Position numbers and translations under genes: made by a program
In this document: in pieces, positions 9,501-17,752 of the stretch
Position numbering within the stretch: position 1 is the stretch's first letter
Layout of the letters: each line of letters begins with the position of its first letter
The notes under the pieces: generated by a model
What the model saw: only the letters and a program-made list of their open reading frames with translations
What the model was told of the DNA's origin: nothing
Database searches by the model: none
Origin: a virus
Direction: 5' to 3' (one strand)
Length of the DNA stretch: 64,000 nucleotides
Virus record (IMG/VR): IMGVR_UViG_3300037808_000992
Span: 1 to 64,000 of that record

Positions 9501-12500
9501 AGCGTGAAGGTCTTCCCAACGCTTATAAACTGAAAGATTTTATAGAGAAGTTAAGAGGCACTCCTGAATCTACTGCCAAACCTGAATCGCCACAGACGCA
9601 CGCTATAAATACTATTCCAATGTTTCGGGGTGCCCGAGTTGGAAAACCCCATGAGTTATCAGGGCCGTCCTTTTTCGCATCGAATGAATTGTTTGCCAAG
9701 ACGTATGGAAAGACTGCTGAATTTCAGTTGAGCGTTAAGAACCCTAAAGTAATCCCGTCTAATGAGTGGTCGGATACGCTGGGTATGTGGCAGGCAGTAT
9801 CCCCCGCTGACAAGAAGGCGTTTGATGCTGATCTGCGTGCGAAAGGCTACGATTCTGTAGTAAGTGAGTTTAATAACGGGGCTGTACACGTTGCCTATGT
9901 GCCTACACCGGAAGGTGTAGCGACTTTAAATAAACCAAAGAGTTCGCAGAAAGCTAAACCTGAACCTGCTCCCGAACCTGCTGCTAAACCTGCCCCGGAA
10001 CCTGCTGCTAAACCTGAACCCGCTACGAAACGCGGTTTCGCAGCAGAACCAATACAAGATCCCAACGGGGATTGGCGTGTTCAATTAGAAGTGGGGAATA
10101 AGCGATTTACTTCGCCTGATACTTACGAGTCTGAGGAAGCTGCTGATGATGCAGGCACTAGACACCTTAGTAAATTTGCTAATAAGTTTAAGACACCGCG
10201 AGATGCGCATGGCCCACTTCTAGCTCATGACGGTTGGCACTTATCTCACGTCCAACATGAGAAAGAGTGGAAGGGTATTCAGGAGGTGTCGCGAAAAGAC
10301 GTATTAGGAAAGAAGCATGGAATACCTGGGTCTGAGCAAGGGAGGCATATACAGCGTTTGGTGGATAGAGGTGTGTCTGTATCCCCTGAGACATTAAAGG
10401 AACATGGTATAGAACCTTCTAAGGAAGCAGCGCCCGTTGCTGAAGGTAAGCCATCGGAAGCCCCTAAAGGGGAAGACAAAAACCAATTAGCGTTAATGAG
10501 GAATGGTGATCCTGACGCTGCAGCCTATATCCAGAAGCGAGCCCAAGAATTAGTTCCGGGAGTTAGGATAGCAGAGTCACAGGATGTGGTTGCCCAACAT
10601 GTACACACCCCAGAAGGCATTACTGATGACTACGTAAATACTTTGAAAAAAGAGGGGCGTATTTCTAAGGAAGCAGCGACCGTTGCTGAAGGTAAGCCAC
10701 CGATCACTGGCAAAAGTGCAGAAGAAAACATGAAGGAAGTAGAAGAGCACTCAGCTAAGATTAAGTCGTTGGGTTTGGTGCCCAAAATAACAAGGGGTGT
10801 TTTAGGCGATGAGTTTAGGTGGGTTAAAGCTACTATCCCTGATGAATCTAAAATTGATGGTATTGAGCTTCACAGTGCTGGCGACCCTGATAAGAAAAAG
10901 TTGATTCATAGAAGTCCTGGTGAGAAGGGACGTTGGCAGGTGTCTAATTTTGATGAGGATGGTCCGATCTCACACAGTACCCACGATACTGCCCAAAAAG
11001 CATTAGATCATGCAATGGAGCCCAGTGATAGGGTCTCTGATGTAACTTATAAGAAAGCCAAAAAAGGTCACGTAGGAAAAGCAGATACGGTTTATATCCC
11101 TCCGTCTGGAGAGACTACGAAAGCCAGTGACCACCTCTTTAAGTATGAAGTTCTGGAAGCGGGCGATGTTACAGCTTCCCATCTTCCTAAGCGGAAAGGG
11201 AAGGCATTCTCTAGAGACCCTGACTACAAAGAGAGATTTCAACCGCGCTCTCAATACGATCAAGAGGGATCTGAAAAAGTAGCGAACATTAACGATGCCG
11301 TGGGTAATTTCCAACCTGAACGAGTCAACAATCTCACCAACAATCCATCAGGAGGTGCTCCTATAATCCATGATGTAGATGGTAGAAATATGGTGTTGAG
11401 CGGTAATGGCCGCACCTTAATTCAAAAAATTATCTACGATAAAAAACATGGGAGTGAAGGATCTGCTAATCGAATAAGAGAGCACTTGATTAAGAATGCT
11501 GCTGAGTTTGGTTTAAATCCTGCTGAAGTTGAAAAGTTTACTAATCCTATTCTAGTACGTCGTATCACTGACCATTCGCATGATGAGTTAGAGGATGTGG
11601 CGCGCCGATCAAACATTGACGAGGGTGTTGCCCAAACAAAATCTGAGAGAGCAGAAGATATTGCGAAAAAGCTCCCCCAAGCATTACATCAACTGACTGA
11701 GAACTATGACCATGAAGTGCATGGAGACAAATCTTTAAACGCCCTGCTTTCAAGCATTAAGAGTTTTAATAAAGAGGCTACTAATGCTTTAGGGCGAAGT
11801 AATACTAAAAATAATGAGGGATCGGAGCTTCATGATAGCGGCAGAAAGCTTTTAGCTAGCTCTATTCTAGGTCATGTGGGTGGGAAGAAAGGATCTCAAC
11901 TGCTTGGAACTATGACCAAGGAAGAGGGTAATTTACAAGGGCGATTAGAGTCTTTGGCAGTTCCGTTGTTTATTTTAAATAAAGAACGACCTCAGGTTGG
12001 GAAGGCGTTTACTAGAGCGTTAGAAGATTTAAATGTGATTTATAACCAACACGGGCAGAAAGGTAGTTTAAGTAGTTTAGTAGATTCTTATAACCAACAG
12101 CAAAATTTGTTCGGTACTGCTGAGGAAGTAGGTAAGCGAGAACTGCACCTTACTAAGGATCCTATGGTGCGTGCGTTAGCACAGCTAGCCCATGGAGGGA
12201 CCGTTACCAACAAAGAGGGTGAAGAGGTTAAGTTAGGCGCGTCTGAGGCGAAACAATTAATAAATAATCTGTATTCAGATTTAAAATCGCCCCAGAGAGA
12301 TTTATTTGCAGAAGAAGATGTTGACGCAAAAGAGAGGTCTGCGTTTAATAAATTAGGGAGTGCGTTAGGGATTGAAGGGTTAAAACCTTCAGGGAAAGCT
12401 CCCGAAGCCAAGACCAAAGAGCGGGTCCCAAAAAAATCATCTCAAGTGTCTATTGAAAGCCCGCACTCTCAAGCAGTTCACCCTAGCGAGATGGATACGG

Positions 12501-14890
12501 ATAGTCGATATACTCTGTGGCAGAGGGTAGGCGGTCATTGGGTCATTGAGCGTAGTTTGGGAGGGGCACATATTAAAGGCGATCCTACTTACGCTGATGC
12601 TATAGCAGAAAAAGCGGCGAGTAGTCGTCCAGTAGCTTTCTTTGAAGAGGGTGTCGATCCTAATTCAGAAAAATCCCCTACCACTAAACCTACTCCTGCT
12701 AAGGCTTCTGAAAAAACTAAAGAAACAACGCTTACTACCAGGGTTACGGAAGATTTTGATGCACACATAGGCATAGCTAGGGAGGAGGTTGCTAAAAAGA
12801 CTACTGATCGCCAGAAGGCAAGTGTATTAGGCTCCGTTGTGGCTGGGATTCATCCAGATGCAGGCGCACGAATTGTAAGGGACATGGTTAACGAGAACCC
12901 AGGGATTATGGAGCACTTACCTATCGCAGTGCGGAATCAACTCAAGGTGAAGTCGGAAGAAAAAGCCCCAACTAAACCTAAGGCTAAAGCAGCTGCTGGC
13001 AAAGCAGGTGTCCAACAACTTGCAGATAAGCTACGCAAGGAATATGGGGTAAAGCTACAATTAGGACATACCAATTCCTCGCATTCCTCCCATAGCGGTA
13101 TCACAACACTGGATAGCGTTGTGGTTCCCAAGGAAAAACGGGGGGAAGGTGTCGGAGATGCGGTCATGGACGCGATAAAGCAGCACGCAGATAAGCATGG
13201 GCACACGATTGTTCTTACTCCAGATCCAACGATTGGTGGCGGAAAGGGTAGCAAAGCGAAATTACGGCGGTGGTACAAACGTCACGGCTTTGTTGCGAAT
13301 AAAGGGCGCAATAAAGATTACGAATTTAGCGAGACAATGTATCGAAGTCCCCAAAAAGCAGATGTTGGCAAGAAGCCCGCTACTAAAACTAAAGCTGCAA
13401 CTCCAAAGAGTTTAGGTAAGCACTTAGATAAGCTTATGAAGGACCACCCCGATTGGCCCAGTAAGGCTCGTACACGTCGAGAGATTGAGGTAGCTGCGTA
13501 TTCTTCCCAGGCTCACCTAGACCACGTGTTGGAGCATGGCGATACGGCGGACAGTCTGTTTGGAGATAAGCTTCCCTTAGATAAGGTTAGGGACAGGCTG
13601 CGACCGGGTATGGTTATAGATGCTTATGTAAAGGCTACCCCGGCACATAAAGATGAAGCTGGTAAGTGGGCACACGATGAAGGTGACGAAAATACGCACA
13701 TGATAACGGTTACGTTGCCCGGTAAATATAAAGAAGATCCTAAAAAGAAAGATCCTGCATGGCCTGCTGTACGTCGTAGTAAATCAGGAGGTGTGTGGGC
13801 GAGCCCTGACGCCAAACCCATTGATAAATTTGGCAGCACAAATAATTACTATCGCAAGATGCAGGCTCATGAAAAAAATATTGAGAAACACTTGGGAAGT
13901 TCAGCGGCGTTACTCCCAGAGAAAATATCCAAGCTACAGAAAGAGGTAGATGACCCTAAGACAACAGATACCAAAAAAATATTGGATTTAAAGAAACAAA
14001 TTAGGCGTGCTGAGAAAGCTCTTGATACCCATAATATCTTTAAAGATGGCTTTGTAGAAAGGTGGAAAGCTCTTCACTCTGAGCACCCTGAAAAAGAATT
14101 TTTACCGGATCCTTTAAAGCAGAAGACTGAGAAGCGAAGTAGAGATGTTGCGGAGTTGGTTGAAGAGTATGGGGATATGGGGGGCGTATATAATAAGTTG
14201 ACGAAGACACCCTCATCTCAAACTCCTGACGATATAAAAGGTGCTCTGGGACAAGCAAGATCGGCATGGACGGAATTAGGAGATGCCCCTACCACCCAAC
14301 AGAAGCAAGCATTTATTGATGCGTTTAAGAAACTACCTTCCAAAGAAGAAACTCTTGCTTCGTTTGAGAAGAAGTTCCGCTCTAGTATTGGCGGGGCCTA
14401 TGACAATCTTGAGAAGCAACACGCATCCCTGACCAAGAAAGTCCGTAGTACACCCACAAAATCACCGGTTAAAGCTGTGGTACAACAATCGACTAGGAAA
14501 CGCGATCCGTTGCCCCTTGCGAATCAAAAAAAGTATGCTGATGAACTACGGACTGCTCTCACCAGTAGCATGGGTGTTGATGCCGCAGCACGCAATTTTG
14601 CAAGAGCCCTTGGGATGGACCCAGAGAGTCCTGAATTTGACGCAGCATTTGATCAAGCGGAAGCAGGTAAGCACCCTTCTCAAAAAACTAAGAAACGTAA
14701 ACCCCGTACAAAAGTTAAAAAATCTAAAGAGCCCGGTGGTGATTTTCAAGTAGCGGCGAAATACTTTGCTAGAGATCCTAAAACGAAAGAACTTGCGATA
14801 GGCCCTGATGGGAATTATGTACCTAAAGGGTCAGAGCATGATCCCAATAAAAAAGTTAAAAAGAGTCTGTGGTTATATGTTACGTGCTAA
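3515..14890 (+). CDS. 3791-aa polyvalent protein (probably virion-packaged) with two ART-like, one DdrB-ParB-like and one GNAT domain
   Basis: GAGG SD. 8918-9289: ITIYRAMP...GNWVTPSKAYAEQH...WDGNSLMEWGY. 9617-9904: MFRG...SFFASNELFAKTYG...LSVKNP...LRAKGYDSVV (ART-PolyVal pattern). 11087-11674: YEVLEAGDVTASH...FQPR...GGAPII...VLSGNGRT...NPILVR (DdrB-like ParB). 13100-13351: LDSVVVPKEKRGEGVG...LRRWYKRHGF (GNAT motifs A/B). Confidence 0.85.
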   Translation: MVYLKDSLFKAVASVKPPVSIPPPKVEDDEATSEVASQKTPNVAKNPKGTDGPAARGGQVAGIAKRGLVYQSEKQRRNPTFPTVNVPKPKNTQVSFKVKDVKPVAPLKPPQPLKPPQPFESLKASMRHYLDLEKAEKGWNPTVVTPGKEFTAGASEVGNQPKGPNPSLSMGPTPQELARKEAQVTATPEVKTDSIEDEGPVAKPIAVQQGPTSTPEAGPTAAGPTAAGPTAAPEAEQTPPATKPVSAEQTSAQAPAEQTSAQAPAAPPVPKMVETPTVPGQEVKTVNRPCSQGTTGGTYVTKTPTANGCAYIYNHPEKMSLRDSMTGNVLHEWDHKDVQNNQLVVPPNIAEQHGIDKEAATLPLRQNWKEHQQTNVKSSEFGEKHFDKDHTEAVNQWKSAIAKFKSNPHHYHEGGDDHVITQVGHHGASLLNEHHGSKSKGLDALLAEHEQKQARVKKDGNLGPVYEQIRSGQGAVTLGGSHSEFHPDAINHILAHPHDHSFDVSKTPEGHMTVTLHGYRDHGDKQWHGRLNSHEAVSRVGGHEAAAEHLSKYNDAHQAFFDEIKGRQEPVEITNEKIVKHITNNGDKFNFEFIPHETDKGQVKGVRLLGVKHPHASDEAGEGEWAGAKPPKGERTFLPAKITEVETKTDVTGAAPVPGAPIKKTPTPPDLGGIEKLPPDLKEVFRPLPPQSTDRQKFEKLKQWALEMTKPEHRHASGGLFNVGAALASKDIATAVRGLYNTAAQGIPTVANNIHGSLERGERRAALEAEHKVSEKDKHKTNQYLSGENFGHSDVPKTVGTTSHWSPKQHTQFHADYEALSNAYKEDTELPSHIKDLVYGHVYDQTLRKHRMTADVGSGIYHKQTTPAPEDMDVMDHTLNVVAHDAAHPDEVKKIKQNMRKWSKETLYEFGDVLRQAHGFEDPQDRYDIMMLAHHKGNTLTGLENKTRAIFNRTHGKEVGQISARDKYTGPKLSTADQQWKDYMKEVGAVTKDYGRTLKGYEKQIAAYEKKYEHHKNKSTKHDADAADRGRETAVAPELPAKAPTEEAEATQAEKLLGEKREAAAKKETPWWHSEDVNESRTFKHGVHPDQNVGKVIVDDVTGQRGVVVSVHPGDDQTKPQYGIKFINANAPIPKTKEEFLKLEESGDHVTTDHRDIDRVHLSHQAGTAATPSTNSGVGTHWNWSKVAAEHVPDEARFAKYSAELGKIKKELNIDQPPTKEEMDQKVKGMSLHEKIEARKRDELKGEHKKSVDKHFKDKSDKQLSGEFEVKGNPKYNVGTGIRRTDGTSFMIKHYEGPNSEHPNRSEYITEELDENGKLVEGKISALELTKRTTGESRWNARKPTWHPSYYEDLNTNPDAKSRFEKDRDLEVAARTSKKAKDDTPLPTNPEELTEEHLTHRPRARVSFDLVTEDLPHSKEIAHGIFGEHVQNLKDKGVLKEEWSIPLGYSHGDVDTMPQRWAHWIAQVDEADKNYLDEEDHARFHTAQQVFTERKKKLLDEYRDTIKAAADSGDDKALKNNLNAFRARLVFGEGGYQDFANVLRGLKTKVRDRKYQDNLPYNDPYVTADGSGAAKELTKLRQDAPEGVDTSKRSMKASLELVEDLKGKDVSITEDIKVEEPADVAMAAKGPGKEKAPTGTEEAPVEMSRSTKRRITQVGKDIQTQSRVIEKKRKSSLYDNFKADIEAHPDHFNAEVTDDSITIHGVKNHKTGEWHGQESVVTKETPAAESGDLSGGIKIEGSDKTYRITPDGVVEWFTPKNEWSSVKNLSIKDKVKEAAGGITPKVKTIPSSEPESEESDDYRVQHQPAEDGASGHEIGTTDHFPKDILQHPELYTTPLELSEVKKFWPKIVAGSGDPDAKITIYRAMPKSAGSILETGNWVTPSKAYAEQHAYGEKDWHIVAHEVPLKDIRWDGNSLMEWGYFGADKTKKGPESQFAKHGRYLYPVDAEGNPDTAESSVHKVEINGEPRYITHVFDEHLNSKIFYEYKKGAADPQREGLPNAYKLKDFIEKLRGTPESTAKPESPQTHAINTIPMFRGARVGKPHELSGPSFFASNELFAKTYGKTAEFQLSVKNPKVIPSNEWSDTLGMWQAVSPADKKAFDADLRAKGYDSVVSEFNNGAVHVAYVPTPEGVATLNKPKSSQKAKPEPAPEPAAKPAPEPAAKPEPATKRGFAAEPIQDPNGDWRVQLEVGNKRFTSPDTYESEEAADDAGTRHLSKFANKFKTPRDAHGPLLAHDGWHLSHVQHEKEWKGIQEVSRKDVLGKKHGIPGSEQGRHIQRLVDRGVSVSPETLKEHGIEPSKEAAPVAEGKPSEAPKGEDKNQLALMRNGDPDAAAYIQKRAQELVPGVRIAESQDVVAQHVHTPEGITDDYVNTLKKEGRISKEAATVAEGKPPITGKSAEENMKEVEEHSAKIKSLGLVPKITRGVLGDEFRWVKATIPDESKIDGIELHSAGDPDKKKLIHRSPGEKGRWQVSNFDEDGPISHSTHDTAQKALDHAMEPSDRVSDVTYKKAKKGHVGKADTVYIPPSGETTKASDHLFKYEVLEAGDVTASHLPKRKGKAFSRDPDYKERFQPRSQYDQEGSEKVANINDAVGNFQPERVNNLTNNPSGGAPIIHDVDGRNMVLSGNGRTLIQKIIYDKKHGSEGSANRIREHLIKNAAEFGLNPAEVEKFTNPILVRRITDHSHDELEDVARRSNIDEGVAQTKSERAEDIAKKLPQALHQLTENYDHEVHGDKSLNALLSSIKSFNKEATNALGRSNTKNNEGSELHDSGRKLLASSILGHVGGKKGSQLLGTMTKEEGNLQGRLESLAVPLFILNKERPQVGKAFTRALEDLNVIYNQHGQKGSLSSLVDSYNQQQNLFGTAEEVGKRELHLTKDPMVRALAQLAHGGTVTNKEGEEVKLGASEAKQLINNLYSDLKSPQRDLFAEEDVDAKERSAFNKLGSALGIEGLKPSGKAPEAKTKERVPKKSSQVSIESPHSQAVHPSEMDTDSRYTLWQRVGGHWVIERSLGGAHIKGDPTYADAIAEKAASSRPVAFFEEGVDPNSEKSPTTKPTPAKASEKTKETTLTTRVTEDFDAHIGIAREEVAKKTTDRQKASVLGSVVAGIHPDAGARIVRDMVNENPGIMEHLPIAVRNQLKVKSEEKAPTKPKAKAAAGKAGVQQLADKLRKEYGVKLQLGHTNSSHSSHSGITTLDSVVVPKEKRGEGVGDAVMDAIKQHADKHGHTIVLTPDPTIGGGKGSKAKLRRWYKRHGFVANKGRNKDYEFSETMYRSPQKADVGKKPATKTKAATPKSLGKHLDKLMKDHPDWPSKARTRREIEVAAYSSQAHLDHVLEHGDTADSLFGDKLPLDKVRDRLRPGMVIDAYVKATPAHKDEAGKWAHDEGDENTHMITVTLPGKYKEDPKKKDPAWPAVRRSKSGGVWASPDAKPIDKFGSTNNYYRKMQAHEKNIEKHLGSSAALLPEKISKLQKEVDDPKTTDTKKILDLKKQIRRAEKALDTHNIFKDGFVERWKALHSEHPEKEFLPDPLKQKTEKRSRDVAELVEEYGDMGGVYNKLTKTPSSQTPDDIKGALGQARSAWTELGDAPTTQQKQAFIDAFKKLPSKEETLASFEKKFRSSIGGAYDNLEKQHASLTKKVRSTPTKSPVKAVVQQSTRKRDPLPLANQKKYADELRTALTSSMGVDAAARNFARALGMDPESPEFDAAFDQAEAGKHPSQKTKKRKPRTKVKKSKEPGGDFQVAAKYFARDPKTKELAIGPDGNYVPKGSEHDPNKKVKKSLWLYVTC

Positions 14891-14951
14891 TTTGATGACG
14901 TGGTGATATTTTGTTTGTATTGTGCCAGTGGCTTATTTTGAGGTGCAAATA

Positions 14952-16106
14952 GTGGATCATTTACACATGTTTAATTTAGTAGCAGATTTGACGAAAGCGT
15001 ATGACGAACCGCTTTATCTTTCTGCTGATCTTTTTAAATCAGCTAAAGAGTCATATTCTGAAGATCGAGCAGCTTTTGCTTTTGATAATTCTTTTGGGAA
15101 AGATGTTCCTGGCGTTGCGGCAGGTGCTACTTATGACAAAGATGACAAAAAGAAGGCTCGTAAGAAGAAAGAGGACAAAGATTTAGATAAAGGCATTACG
15201 GGTTGGGATGTCGCTGAAGGGGCTTTATTGTTGTGGCCCCCCGCTAGGGGCGCAAAGGTTGCACATAAGATTGCAAGTGTGGGCTTTAAATCAAAACAGT
15301 TAATGGCTCCTATTCGTAAATTATATGGGGTTAAGATGGCGAAGGATTATTCCGCCGCTATAGCCAAAGGCACGCGCCACGTTGAAAAGTTTCTAGTGGG
15401 TTTAGCCAACACAAAACCTATGAAGCAGTTAGGTAACTTTACCGACGATGCCATAAAAACTATTGCGTCTCTTAATTCAGGAAAGCACGGATCGGCTGCT
15501 GTAAAAGCTGTGGGTGATTATTTTAAGTTTGCGAGTACGAAAGGCGCAGGCTCACATAGATTTTTGGGCCGTACTTCTGAAATGGCTCGACAGGGTGTAA
15601 AAATCACTCCTGCCCAGAGAGTAATTACCAATTTAGAGCTTTCTGCGGCGAAAGGCTCCCCGACTGCTCTGTTTAGAGGTACGCCACTTGCTCGTTATAT
15701 TAAAGGCGGTACTAAAGGCGGCACTAAAGGCGCACGCGCAGGAGGCAGCACGTCTTCTTTACGGCGTCACGAGTCATACCGAAAAGGGAAGAGGCTTAAG
15801 CCTAAACGGAAATTCCGTGGAGTCCGTGGCGTCCCAGGTGTTGCAGGTGGTAAAAAAGATACGCAATCTATAAGTCGCCAGATGGTATCCGAAGGTACAG
15901 AGAGCAGGAAGGGTCCCGCTTTGTATGTAAAAGCCGGTGGTTCTACGAAAGGGAGCACGAAGGGTAGTGTTAAAGGGAAAACAACTCAGGGAGCCGTTTC
16001 TTCTGCAAAATCAGGACGTGCTAAGCTAGGAGAGCGTTATCGTTACAGCGGTGACCGACCCGAAACCTGGAAAGAAGTTCGGGCTGAAGCTAAAGAGAGG
16101 GTTTAG
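14952..16106 (+). CDS. Lys/Gly-rich basic hypothetical protein (putative head cargo)
   Basis: GTG 14952 follows GAGGTG, preferred over the track start 14922. N-terminal LTKA, LFKS and LDKG motifs. Confidence 0.75.
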   Translation: MDHLHMFNLVADLTKAYDEPLYLSADLFKSAKESYSEDRAAFAFDNSFGKDVPGVAAGATYDKDDKKKARKKKEDKDLDKGITGWDVAEGALLLWPPARGAKVAHKIASVGFKSKQLMAPIRKLYGVKMAKDYSAAIAKGTRHVEKFLVGLANTKPMKQLGNFTDDAIKTIASLNSGKHGSAAVKAVGDYFKFASTKGAGSHRFLGRTSEMARQGVKITPAQRVITNLELSAAKGSPTALFRGTPLARYIKGGTKGGTKGARAGGSTSSLRRHESYRKGKRLKPKRKFRGVRGVPGVAGGKKDTQSISRQMVSEGTESRKGPALYVKAGGSTKGSTKGSVKGKTTQGAVSSAKSGRAKLGERYRYSGDRPETWKEVRAEAKERV

Positions 16107-16108
16107 TT

Positions 16109-16672
16109 GTGAAAGGTATTCCTTCCGTAAAACCTGTTGCGTCGTTAGCGAAAGAGAAGAAGTGCGTTGTTACAGTTAGTTCTCGCGGGACTAAAGAATA
16201 TCTGTGCGGTGAACGACGAGGTAAGTTGGGCGGATCTATGGCTCGCCTGGAAGATACGCCTCGCATTTTAAGGGAGCGTCAGAAGAGTTCAGGACCGTTG
16301 AGTATCTTGCAACCGAAGCGTCGTATAGAAGCTGAGTTAAAGCTAAAGCCTTCTAAGAAGGAATCTTTGTTTATTCCTGATATTCAAGAAGCTGATGAGC
16401 AGAAATTAAGCACGCCTTTCCCTACAAATATAAAGGAAGCCACAGCAAAGCTTCCCGACTCCATCCATTTAGAGAAAAAGGAAGAGGCTAAAGAGCGTAA
16501 ATTTGGTAAGTCGCTGCTTAAAAGCATGGCTTATTTACAGACCTACGGAGATAGGGTACTCCATAGAAAGATGTCCCTAAAGAGTGCTTTAGATAAAGTA
16601 CCTTGGTGGATGCAGGATGATCTCTTAGAGTATCTCCGGGATAAAAAGAGGCACGGTCGTAAATATGCATAA
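16109..16672 (+). CDS. basic hypothetical protein, 187 aa
   Basis: Tightly packed, with GAGG SD; FGKSLLKSM motif. Confidence 0.7.
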   Translation: MKGIPSVKPVASLAKEKKCVVTVSSRGTKEYLCGERRGKLGGSMARLEDTPRILRERQKSSGPLSILQPKRRIEAELKLKPSKKESLFIPDIQEADEQKLSTPFPTNIKEATAKLPDSIHLEKKEEAKERKFGKSLLKSMAYLQTYGDRVLHRKMSLKSALDKVPWWMQDDLLEYLRDKKRHGRKYA

Positions 16673-17747
16673 ACATTATTTACATAAAGGCTTATTGGAT
16701 TCTAAATCCGTTAGGGATGTTGTTGGGCCTGCGATTTCTAAAGTTAAAAATCTGTTTATCAAAGAAGCTCCCGCTCCTAAAAAAGAAGCTCCCGCTCCTA
16801 AAAAAGAAGCGCCCGCAGCAACGCCTAAATCGAACGATAGTGAGTCTTGGACACGTCTTGTTAAAAAGAAAGAATTGAGCATGTTTGGTGTTCCGTTCAA
16901 TGCAGCCGGGAATATGAAGATTAGTTATAAGTTGGCTAATCGTATGAAGTCGGCTTCTGAAGACTTTAAGCGTGCCCACCCTAAGGATTATGAGATCATA
17001 AAGAATAAGATTCAGGGTTCTTATAAACATGCGGATAAAGTTAAAGAGATCGGCAAGACCCAAGGAAAGGGCGCTCTTCGTAAATACATGAAGGCGAACC
17101 GATCAGAGATTGGTAGCGATGGTATTTGGCCTGCGGGAGGGTTTTGGGCAAGTGGCGCAGGTGGACGACACACTAACCCCTACATGGTAGATTTTGCCTA
17201 CCCGTGGAAGTGGGCTGCAGAGCCTGAGAAATACGGATTAAGTAAAGAGGGTGTTAAATACTTCTCAACCGCACTCAATAACCACGGGGTTCGGTTTTCT
17301 AGAAAAGATGCGAAGCACCTTGTTAACCACCTTGAGATATCTAAAAAAGAACTTAGAAAGGTTCAAGACCTTATTGTTAGGGATCGACCTAAGTTAAATA
17401 TTAAGATAGCGACTCCGACAACCACTGAAGAGAGGGAAGATGCGCCACAAGAAGCTACCTCCTCAGAGTCCTCGTTACCTAGAGCCGCAAGAGGATCTGC
17501 GAAAGATGCTTCAACCCCTAAGGGTGAGCGTTTAATTATTTCTGAAGCGCCGAAATCTAAAGAGTCTAAAACGGCTAAACCCCTTCCTAAACGAACGGTA
17601 AAGCCCTATAAGGCTCCTAAAGTACAAGCTAAACAACGCAGCGCAGGTGTGGTACAAGAAAAGAAACCACTACGGGGTCCCGGTAAGCAACGAACTCGCG
17701 TTGCTAGACCTCGTAGGTATCAAGCTGAATCATTTAGAGAAGCATAA
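16665..17747 (+). CDS. basic hypothetical protein, 360 aa
   Basis: Overlaps the upstream stop; KKEAPAP repeats; N-terminal LHKG motif. Confidence 0.75.
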   Translation: MHKHYLHKGLLDSKSVRDVVGPAISKVKNLFIKEAPAPKKEAPAPKKEAPAATPKSNDSESWTRLVKKKELSMFGVPFNAAGNMKISYKLANRMKSASEDFKRAHPKDYEIIKNKIQGSYKHADKVKEIGKTQGKGALRKYMKANRSEIGSDGIWPAGGFWASGAGGRHTNPYMVDFAYPWKWAAEPEKYGLSKEGVKYFSTALNNHGVRFSRKDAKHLVNHLEISKKELRKVQDLIVRDRPKLNIKIATPTTTEEREDAPQEATSSESSLPRAARGSAKDASTPKGERLIISEAPKSKESKTAKPLPKRTVKPYKAPKVQAKQRSAGVVQEKKPLRGPGKQRTRVARPRRYQAESFREA

Positions 17748-17752
17748 AGAAT

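Noticed and set aside
1116-17747. Terminase large subunit expected upstream of the portal
   Set aside because: No Walker A/B or RNase H-like terminase motifs were seen in any ORF; the gene presumably lies outside the window.
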